DNA of 64,000 nucleotides from Minisyncoccota bacterium (GTDB lineage Bacteria; Patescibacteriota; Minisyncoccia; Phycocordibacterales; UBA9973): NCBI GenBank assembly GCA_041648595.1, contig JBAZOQ010000003.1, positions 1,042 to 65,041 of the forward strand, read 5' to 3'. Shown piece by piece: positions 56,687 to 64,000 of this stretch (position 1 is its first letter; each line of letters starts with the position of its first letter). The notes under the pieces were generated by a model. It saw only the letters and a program-made list of their open reading frames with translations, ran no database searches and was not told where the DNA came from. The position numbers and the translations under genes were made by a program.

Positions 56687-57586
56687 TTATTGTTTACCAA
56701 TCAATGCTTTTATTCTATCTTCTACTTTAGGATGAGTACTAAATAAATTAGAAATACTTTTTCCTAGTTGTCTGCCAGCACCAAAAGGATTAACTATAAA
56801 AAGATGTGCTGTCGCTGTATTTGCATATTGCATTTTATTTGAATGATTTGAAATTTTTTGTAATGCACTTGCTAGCCCCTCTGGATAACGAGTGATCAAT
56901 GCTCCAGAAGCATCTGCCAAGAATTCCCTCTTACGAGAGATAGCGAGTTGTATAAGTATTGCAAAAATAGGTACTAAAATTGAAATTACAATTCCTATAA
57001 TTATCATTAACCCACCATTATTATTCTCACTATCTCTTCTTCCTAAACCAAAAAAAGTAGATCGCAAAAACATATCAGCCACAATAGAAACAAAACCAAC
57101 AAGCACGACGATGACAGTTGAAAGTAAAATATCTCTATTTCCTATATGAGAAAGTTCATGGGCAATCACTCCCTCAAGCTCAGTTTTATCTAAAATAGAG
57201 AGTAAACCAGTCGTTACACAAACAACAGCATGTTCCCTGTTACGTCCAGTAGCAAAAGCATTTGGTGAACTTTCTTCCATAATACAAACCTTCGGCATTG
57301 GGAGTCCTGCTGTTATAGAAAGATTTTCAACTGTATTCCAAAGATCTATATTATCCTCCCTCTTTATTTGTCTAGCGTGATTTAATTTAAGTGCAATTTT
57401 GTCTGAATACCAATAACTTGTAACATTCATAACTACACTAAAAATAATAAAGATATAAAGAATATTAGGATTCCCATAATACTGTGCAAAGAAAAATCCA
57501 ATACCTATCACTACTACCAAAAATACGCTCATCAAAAACCACGTCTTTGTAATGTTTTTTGATTGTTGTGTATATAATGTAGCCAT
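56687..57586 (-). CDS. htpX: Zn-dependent protease HtpX (M48)
   Basis: HELSH zinc motif (HELSHIGN), 4 TM. Confidence 0.85.
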   Translation of the reverse strand: MATLYTQQSKNITKTWFLMSVFLVVVIGIGFFFAQYYGNPNILYIFIIFSVVMNVTSYWYSDKIALKLNHARQIKREDNIDLWNTVENLSITAGLPMPKVCIMEESSPNAFATGRNREHAVVCVTTGLLSILDKTELEGVIAHELSHIGNRDILLSTVIVVLVGFVSIVADMFLRSTFFGLGRRDSENNNGGLMIIIGIVISILVPIFAILIQLAISRKREFLADASGALITRYPEGLASALQKISNHSNKMQYANTATAHLFIVNPFGAGRQLGKSISNLFSTHPKVEDRIKALIGKQ

Positions 57587-58147
57587 TTAAAATTTAACTT
57601 CTACTGGATTCTGGGCAACATCATTATCGGCAAGATCAAACAAATCCATTTTTGCAAACTTAAATATACTTGCAATAACATTATTTGGAAAACTTTCAAT
57701 TGAAATATTCAAGTCACGAACATTGCCATTATAAAATCTGCGAGCAGCTTGAATTTTATTTTCTGTATCAGAAAGTTCACTTTGTAATGCTAAAAAGTTT
57801 TGATTCGCCTTTAAATCTGGATAAGCTTCAGAAACAGCAAAAAGAGATTTCAATGTGTCAGTAAGCATATTTTCTGCTTTTGCATGATCTTCTGTTGGTC
57901 CTTGTGCATCCATCGCAGCAGTACGTGCTTTTGTAACATTCTCAAATAGAGAAGCTTCGTGTGTAGCATAACCCTTAACGGTATTTACCAAATTGGGAAT
58001 CAAATCATATCGACGTTTTAATTGAACTTCAATATCTGCCCAAGCTTCTTTCGTACGATTAATTAATTTTACAAAACTATTATAAGCAAAAACAATCCAC
58101 AAAACTATAAAACCTAATACTATTAAAACAATTGTTAATACACTCAT
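57587..58147 (-). CDS. lemA: LemA family protein
   Basis: N-terminal TM plus conserved LemA region (…AWADIEVQLKRRYDLIPNLV…); start abuts htpX. Confidence 0.75.
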   Translation of the reverse strand: MSVLTIVLIVLGFIVLWIVFAYNSFVKLINRTKEAWADIEVQLKRRYDLIPNLVNTVKGYATHEASLFENVTKARTAAMDAQGPTEDHAKAENMLTDTLKSLFAVSEAYPDLKANQNFLALQSELSDTENKIQAARRFYNGNVRDLNISIESFPNNVIASIFKFAKMDLFDLADNDVAQNPVEVKF

Positions 58148-58285
58148 CCCGTTTAGAAATCATACTATCCGTACATATATATAACTATATATAAAGATGT
58201 ACAATCATTGTTAATTTATAATCTTTTTCCCGTTTTGTAAATTTCTAACGGGATTCATATTATTATATCATAAAAAATCTCTTTT

Positions 58286-59191
58286 TTATTTTTTTGCTTG
58301 TTTTTTGACTTGTAGTTCCTCAATTAAAACAAGTAATGGAGAAGCAAGAAATATTGATGAATATGTTCCAAAAAACATTCCGGCAGTAAGCATTAATGCA
58401 AAATATTTAGTAGATTCTGGTCCAAAAAAGAATAGAGATAACAAAACTATTATAACTGTAAGAGAAGTAAAAATAGATCGCATATATGATTGGTCCAAAC
58501 TTTTACCAACAGTTTCACTAAAACTCTCTCCTGTCTTATTTCTTAAATTCTCTCTAATTCTATCAAAAATAACTATAGTGTCAGATACCGACAATCCTAA
58601 TATCGTAAGAGCTGCAACTACAAAGAGAGTATCAACTTCGGCACCATAAAAACGACTCATTATAGTAAAAAGTCCAATTGGAATAATAACATCATGTAAT
58701 AATGATACGACAGCCATAAGACCATATTTCCAAGAAGAAATTGGTTTTGAAACTTTTCTAAAAGCAAATGCAATAAATAAAATAATACCAAGAGAAACCA
58801 AAACAATAGCAATTATGGCTTTTCTAGTAAGTTCTTTCCCTACTGATGGTCCAATAGAATTGAAACTTTTCTCTTCAAGTGGACTTTTATCATCTTGTGA
58901 AAGTGTTTTTAAAAGTAAAGCGTGCTGTGTTTCATTTAAATCGATAGATTTAACAATATAGCCTAATTCCCCAGTTGGCTGTATAAGTACAGAACCAAGG
59001 TCAAGAGTCTTAAATTGAGAATCTAAGTCAGATTGTATTGGTCGAGATTCTTTATAAACAACCTCTGTCAATGCACCACCCTTAAAATCAATACCAACCT
59101 TAAGTCCGAATACAAAAAGTAAAACAACAGAAGATAAAACTAAAATTGCTGAAATTATGAGAAATATTTTTTTGTGTTTTATTATAAACAT
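58286..59191 (-). CDS. secF: Protein translocase subunit SecF
   Basis: 6-TM SecDF-type domain, 301 aa, downstream of secD. Confidence 0.85.
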   Translation of the reverse strand: MFIIKHKKIFLIISAILVLSSVVLLFVFGLKVGIDFKGGALTEVVYKESRPIQSDLDSQFKTLDLGSVLIQPTGELGYIVKSIDLNETQHALLLKTLSQDDKSPLEEKSFNSIGPSVGKELTRKAIIAIVLVSLGIILFIAFAFRKVSKPISSWKYGLMAVVSLLHDVIIPIGLFTIMSRFYGAEVDTLFVVAALTILGLSVSDTIVIFDRIRENLRNKTGESFSETVGKSLDQSYMRSIFTSLTVIIVLLSLFFFGPESTKYFALMLTAGMFFGTYSSIFLASPLLVLIEELQVKKQAKK

Positions 59192-59213
59192 TTTTTATTT
59201 ATTGTTTTGCAAA

Positions 59214-60575
59214 TTATTTACTAAATCCACTTGAAAATAAAAACCTCGCGATCTTACCTTCTCCTATAAAGAAAAGCCCTGAAAGAAAAATTCTAGAAAT
59301 CATAATAGCAGAAAACATTGATACTAAAACCCCCATACCAAGAGTTAACGCAAATCCTTTAATTAAAGGTGTTCCAAACCAGAAAAAGATCATAGCAGAA
59401 ATTATTGTTGAAAAATTAGAATCACGTATAGAAGACCAAGCTCTATGAAATCCTGCAGAAACAGCATCAGAAATATTATGACCAGAATGTAATTCCTCTT
59501 TTAATCTTTCAAAAATAAGAATATTCGCATCGACTGCTATACCAATAGAAATAATAAAACCTGCAATACCAGCAGCAGTAAGAGTAACTGGTAATAATTT
59601 AAAGAGAGCCAACATCATCGTTATATATATACAAAGAGCAAGTACTGCAATAAATCCTGGCAAGCGATACCAAAGAATCAAAAATAATGCAACAATTAAA
59701 AATCCAATAATCGCAGCTTTCACTCCAGCATCGACAGCATTTCCTCCTAACGTTGCTCCAATAGTTTGTCTTGATAAAAGAGTAATAGGCACTGGAAGTG
59801 CACCAGAATTTAATCTACCTACTAATTGTTTACCTTCTGTTGGTGTAAAACTACCTGAAATAACTGCCTGACCATTTGGAATCTCCTCACGAACAACAGG
59901 AGTAGAAATAGGTGCACCATCTAAATATATAGCAACCATTTTACCTATATTATCTTTTGTAATTTGCGCAAAAAGTTTTGTACCTGTATCGTCAAATTGC
60001 AAACTTACTTTTGGCTCACTAGTCGTCTGATCAAAATCAAGAGTAGCTTTCTTTAAATATCTACCAGTTAATTCTGTAGAAACAAATTGTAAAGATGTGT
60101 CTAGCGTTACTTTTCCATCTTTATCTATTGTCGCATTTCGTGGTGTATCTTTTGGTGCCTCAATTTTAAATTCCAAAAGTGGTGTTTGTCCTATCATAAC
60201 TGTCGCTTTTTCTACATCAGTCACGCCTGGAAGATCAACTATTAATTTTTCTTCTTCACCAGAAATAAATCCACTATTCTGTACTTGCACTACTGGCTCT
60301 GAAACACCAAAAAGATTAACTCTTCTTTCTATAACATCACGCAATGCATCCATAGATACAGAGACTTGTCCGGCTGGAACTGCACTAACATCAGCTTTAT
60401 ATATCAAATGACTTCCACCAGAGAGGTCTAAACCAAGACGAAATGGAGAGTTCTTAAAAAATGAATTTTCTGTTGCAAAATTAGGGTTTAATTTAGGTTC
60501 TGATTTAAAGACAAAAAAGGCTACAGCAGCGCCCAGAATAAGTACTATTAAGATAGAAACTATCTTCTTCAACAT
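59214..60575 (-). CDS. secD: Protein translocase subunit SecD
   Basis: N-terminal TM, periplasmic domain, C-terminal 5 TM SecD domain. Confidence 0.85.
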   Translation of the reverse strand: MLKKIVSILIVLILGAAVAFFVFKSEPKLNPNFATENSFFKNSPFRLGLDLSGGSHLIYKADVSAVPAGQVSVSMDALRDVIERRVNLFGVSEPVVQVQNSGFISGEEEKLIVDLPGVTDVEKATVMIGQTPLLEFKIEAPKDTPRNATIDKDGKVTLDTSLQFVSTELTGRYLKKATLDFDQTTSEPKVSLQFDDTGTKLFAQITKDNIGKMVAIYLDGAPISTPVVREEIPNGQAVISGSFTPTEGKQLVGRLNSGALPVPITLLSRQTIGATLGGNAVDAGVKAAIIGFLIVALFLILWYRLPGFIAVLALCIYITMMLALFKLLPVTLTAAGIAGFIISIGIAVDANILIFERLKEELHSGHNISDAVSAGFHRAWSSIRDSNFSTIISAMIFFWFGTPLIKGFALTLGMGVLVSMFSAIMISRIFLSGLFFIGEGKIARFLFSSGFSK

Positions 60576-60592
60576 AAATTAATCTCCATATA

Positions 60593-61108
60593 TTAAACCT
60601 TTTTCAGTAAAAAAGCAATTAAAAAGCCTAAAATAAATCCTCCTAGAATATCTATGGGAAAATGAACTCCAGCTATAATACGAGCAATACCTATAACCAG
60701 AGCAAAAAAAATAAAAATATATCCAACTTTTTTATGATTAAAAAATATAGAAATAGCTAATGCCATAAAAAAAGTCGCATGACCTGATGGAAAAGCATAT
60801 CCAGTTTCAGAAAAAAGTGAAATAACTTTTGAAAAAATATCAAAAGGTCTTTGAGTATGAAACAAAATTTTAAAAATATATGCTAGAATCCAAGCCAAAC
60901 CAGAAGAAATAAAAATTATAAAAAAATCTTTCCAATTTTTTTTATAAAAAAATAAATATATTACAGCAAGTAATATCACAATATAAGGGAGAGTATCAGC
61001 AACAAAAATAATAAGTTTATCAAAAAATACTGATTGATGAGATAAATTATAAAAAAAGAAAAAAATTTCGTTATTTAACATTTTTTTGTTTTGCCACATT
61101 AAGCACAT
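60593..61108 (-). CDS. PAP2-family phosphatase (phosphatidic acid/undecaprenyl-PP phosphatase-like)
   Basis: PSGH and SxxH motifs (FPSGHAT…GVHFP). Confidence 0.7.
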   Translation of the reverse strand: MCLMWQNKKMLNNEIFFFFYNLSHQSVFFDKLIIFVADTLPYIVILLAVIYLFFYKKNWKDFFIIFISSGLAWILAYIFKILFHTQRPFDIFSKVISLFSETGYAFPSGHATFFMALAISIFFNHKKVGYIFIFFALVIGIARIIAGVHFPIDILGGFILGFLIAFLLKKV

Positions 61109-61928
61109 TATTAAAGAGCATAGCTATCGTTACAGGGCCCACCCCACCAGGAACAGGTGAAATAAAACTCACTTCATCTTTCACTGATTCAAAATCAACA
61201 TCACCCACTATTCCTCCATTTGATTCTGAAGTACCAGCATCTATTAATATTACACCCTTTTTTATCATATCTTTTGTAATAAATTTACCTTTACCAATGC
61301 CAGAAATTATAACATCAGCCTCTTTCATAATTTCTTTTTTATTTTCACTTTCACTAGTAATCACAATTGGATTAAATCCTTTTAATTTAAGCAAGGCAGA
61401 AACTGGTCTTCCAACTAATTCACCATTACCTAAAACTACTATTTTTTTTGTTCTCAATAACATAGTCGAAGAATTATTATCTAAATTTAAAGACTCCAAT
61501 AATTTCAAACAAGCCATCGCCGTTGGCGGACATACGGAGGCGTTGCCTCCGTAGAATCGATCGCTTGCAAGAGTTCCCAAACAATCTACATCAAGTTTCG
61601 TATCTATAGCATCTAAAATTTTTCTTTGATCTAAATTTTTAGGTAATGGAAGTTGAACAATGATACCACACATATTTTGAATTTTATTTAAAATTTCTAT
61701 TTCTTTCACTAAATCTTCTGTACTAATAGATATTGGAAAATTTGCATTATGGAAGTCTATACCAATAGCTTCTGCATTTTTTTTCTTCATTTCTACATAT
61801 TGAACAGAAGCCCTATCTTCCCCTATCAAAATATCACAAAAAATAGGTTTAAAAGATAAAGAAGCTATTTCTTTTTTTATTGAATCCAAAATTTCTTCTT
61901 TTATTTTTTTACCATCAATAATGTTCAT
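61071..61928 (-). CDS. folD: Bifunctional methylenetetrahydrofolate dehydrogenase/cyclohydrolase
   Basis: 285 aa, GNGELVGRPV… Rossmann region and conserved FolD N-terminal domain. Confidence 0.85.
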   Translation of the reverse strand: MNIIDGKKIKEEILDSIKKEIASLSFKPIFCDILIGEDRASVQYVEMKKKNAEAIGIDFHNANFPISISTEDLVKEIEILNKIQNMCGIIVQLPLPKNLDQRKILDAIDTKLDVDCLGTLASDRFYGGNASVCPPTAMACLKLLESLNLDNNSSTMLLRTKKIVVLGNGELVGRPVSALLKLKGFNPIVITSESENKKEIMKEADVIISGIGKGKFITKDMIKKGVILIDAGTSESNGGIVGDVDFESVKDEVSFISPVPGGVGPVTIAMLFNNVLNVAKQKNVK

Positions 61929-61962
61929 AGCTTTTAGCTTTTAGCTTTTAGCTTTTAGCTTC
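61929..61962. repeat. Heptamer tandem repeat (AGCTTTT) ×4–5 immediately upstream of folD
   Basis: agcttttagcttttagcttttagcttttagcttca. Confidence 0.7.
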
Positions 61963-62012
61963 AAGAATTTAATTTTCTATAAGCTATCAGCTAATAACTA
62001 TAAGCTGATTAT

Positions 62013-63158
62013 TTATACTCCTAAAAATTCATTTTTCATGTCATCTCGGTGCGCCGATCTGGCAAACTTGCGCATATTCATTAAAATCCCCAATCCCATA
62101 AATTCGGTAACTAAATGTGAACCACCATAACTCATAAATGGTAGAGGAATACCCGTAATAGGCATTAACCCAATGTTCATGCCTATATTTATGAGTATAT
62201 GACTCATAAAAAAAATAGCAATTCCTATTCCAAAAAGCATTTCAAAATTAGAAACTCCAAGTGATGCATTGTGAAGAATTCTCCATATAACAAGACCAAA
62301 AAGCAAAAGAATAAAAAAGGATCCAATAAAACCCCATTCCTCTGCATATGCAGCAAAAATAAAATCAGATTGTGGTTCTGGTAAAAATTTTAATCTTGAT
62401 TGTGTACCAAAACCAAGACCTTTACCTAAAACCTGTCCAGAACCAACAGCGATGGTGGACTGAGACGCATTATACCCAGAATCATGTATGTCAGCGAGAG
62501 GATTTATAAAACTGACAATACGAGCTTTCTGGTATGGAGCAAATGCAAAAACCCAAAGAGACACAAAAATGAGAGCACCAGATAAAAAAACAAAAAACAA
62601 ATGCGCTTTAGAAATTCCAGAAACAAGTATCATTCCAAACCAAATGAAAAATATAACCATAGCAGAACCAAAATCTGGTTGAAGTAAAACTAAAACAAAA
62701 GGAACAAATGCATAAAATCCAGAAATAAAAATATGTTTTATATTTCTTATCTCAACATGTCTACGTGAAAAATATTTTGATAATATGAGTATAAGTACAA
62801 GTTTCATAAGGTCAGCTGGTTGAAAAGAAAAGAAACCTAAAGAAAACCAGCTTTGTGCACCCCTTATAACATTACCAACAATTATTAAAACAACTAATAA
62901 AACACAAAAACTCAAAAATAATGTTATTAATACATCCGTCCGACGCAAAAACCTGAAATCAATAAAAGAAAAAATAAAGAAAACACAAAATGATATCAAA
63001 ATCCATATGATTTGTTTTTCAAAAAAATTAACCATATCATCGCCTCCAGTGAAAGATTTCATCGTAAAGAGACCAGCAAAAAGTATGGGAACAATAAAAA
63101 AAACCAAAAGCCAATCTACCCCGTACGAAATCTTTCTAATAAAGTTTCTTATTTCCAT
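62013..63158 (-). CDS. ftsW: SEDS-family peptidoglycan glycosyltransferase FtsW/RodA
   Basis: 10-TM SEDS architecture; 381 aa. Confidence 0.8.
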   Translation of the reverse strand: MEIRNFIRKISYGVDWLLVFFIVPILFAGLFTMKSFTGGDDMVNFFEKQIIWILISFCVFFIFSFIDFRFLRRTDVLITLFLSFCVLLVVLIIVGNVIRGAQSWFSLGFFSFQPADLMKLVLILILSKYFSRRHVEIRNIKHIFISGFYAFVPFVLVLLQPDFGSAMVIFFIWFGMILVSGISKAHLFFVFLSGALIFVSLWVFAFAPYQKARIVSFINPLADIHDSGYNASQSTIAVGSGQVLGKGLGFGTQSRLKFLPEPQSDFIFAAYAEEWGFIGSFFILLLFGLVIWRILHNASLGVSNFEMLFGIGIAIFFMSHILINIGMNIGLMPITGIPLPFMSYGGSHLVTEFMGLGILMNMRKFARSAHRDDMKNEFLGV

Positions 63159-63223
63159 CTAACTTATTCATTTAATTTAATAAAATTTCGTTCGGGGTCT
63201 ATTCTTTTAAAAACTTTATCTAC

Positions 63224-63306
63224 CATTTTTTTATCCGCCTAAATTTTTTTAGTACTTGTTATTAATATCATTGGTTTTTGTTTATAAAAAAATTTTGGTG
63301 GATTTA
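63224..63306. repeat. Repeat family F2 copy 3
   Basis: ATCCGCCTAAATTTT…AAATTTTGGTGGATT; contains a possible 20-codon uORF just upstream of ftsW. Confidence 0.55.
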
Positions 63307-63948
63307 ATTTAATTTAACCAAAGAAATATCATACATAGGAATTATTTCTTTAGTAATTACATTACCTAATATTGGCTGTGGCCAAGTAAAATCAATATTT
63401 TTATCTTCTCCTGAAGCTAACACATCCAAATACGTACGACTAGAAGAAATAGCATTCCCTCTCTCGTCATACAAAATGACAACTACCCCTAATTCTGGAA
63501 TAGTAAAAAAGGAATCATTTTTTATAATAGCAGAAAGATGTGGGCTCGTATCTTGATTCTCTAATTTTATATCATAAATTGATAAATTTAATTGTTTTAA
63601 TTTCTCTTCTGAGACAGTAGTCCAAACAGGTATTTCTGTAAATTCAAAAGTAGTATATACAGGAATAGAATTACCAACTCCGATACCTGGTTCAAAAATA
63701 GCAAATTTACCAGAAGCTGGAATAAATGTCTGCCCTTCTCTTTTACCTATAAAAACATTATTTTTATCTGAAAAACGAAATCTATAATTTATTTTAGAAA
63801 CAACCTCTGTTGTATTATGGTTTTCGAGATATGCAACAGCATTATAACGTCCAGGAATTACTTCAAATGAACGAGACCACAAAACAGAAATTTTATCTAC
63901 GGCAAAAGAACATGCCTTGACGCATGATCCTCCACAATCTACACCCAT
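63304..63948 (-). CDS. Hypothetical protein
   Basis: 214 aa ORF; no motif recognised. Confidence 0.3.
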   Translation of the reverse strand: MGVDCGGSCVKACSFAVDKISVLWSRSFEVIPGRYNAVAYLENHNTTEVVSKINYRFRFSDKNNVFIGKREGQTFIPASGKFAIFEPGIGVGNSIPVYTTFEFTEIPVWTTVSEEKLKQLNLSIYDIKLENQDTSPHLSAIIKNDSFFTIPELGVVVILYDERGNAISSSRTYLDVLASGEDKNIDFTWPQPILGNVITKEIIPMYDISLVKLN

Positions 63949-64000
63949 TTCGTTTCCATTTTTTTTATTATCTGTACAAGTTGGTAATTTGTTTATATAT

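Noticed and set aside
1-64000. CRISPR array
   Set aside because: Repeat families F1–F5 are dispersed single copies with variable centres, not regularly spaced direct repeats; no cas-like genes.
1-64000. rRNA genes
   Set aside because: No 16S/23S/5S signature stretches (e.g. anti-SD region, conserved GC-rich helices) seen anywhere; GC stays low throughout.

Overview
Low-GC (~30%) bacterial window with compact, mostly minus-strand genes. It reads with the standard code: UGA is a stop and an RF2 gene (prfB) is present. Overall it looks like a small-genome CPR/Patescibacteria-like organism.

Housekeeping blocks:
- pyrG–ftsX–ftsE–prfB.
- gatC–gatA–htpX–lemA–secF–secD–PAP2–folD–ftsW.

These alternate with accessory DNA:
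1. A deoxysugar cluster: cupin-like fragment, SDR reductase, sugar C-methyltransferase, and two GT-C membrane glycosyltransferases, one with TPRs.
2. A ~10 kb island between two tRNA-Thr genes. It carries a Type III mod–res system, a Fic protein, an XRE–Panacea (DUF4065) regulator with a small neighbour, and a ClpP-fold SDH-type protease with small partners.
3. An IS481-like insertion sequence with 58–67 bp perfect terminal inverted repeats.
4. A co-directional 12-gene operon led by myo-inositol-1-phosphate synthase. It adds a GT4, an epimerase, APH-like and P-loop kinases, two nucleotidyltransferases, two NUDIX, an MBL and a HAD.
5. A two-gene pair: a Zn-ribbon/coiled-coil protein and a 1550-aa SF1 helicase–nuclease with a C-terminal Zn ribbon.
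6. A plus-strand integrated element ending in a large serine recombinase that overlaps tRNA-Asp. It carries a PrimPol–helicase fusion and a 172-aa minimal PolX-like polymerase.

RNA genes called by hand, with no tools: tRNA-Thr(CGU), tRNA-Thr(GGU), tRNA-Asp(GUC), tRNA-Met(CAU) and a probable tmRNA.

Several dispersed intergenic repeat families, labelled F1–F5, and two ORF-free structured regions are unexplained by the annotation.
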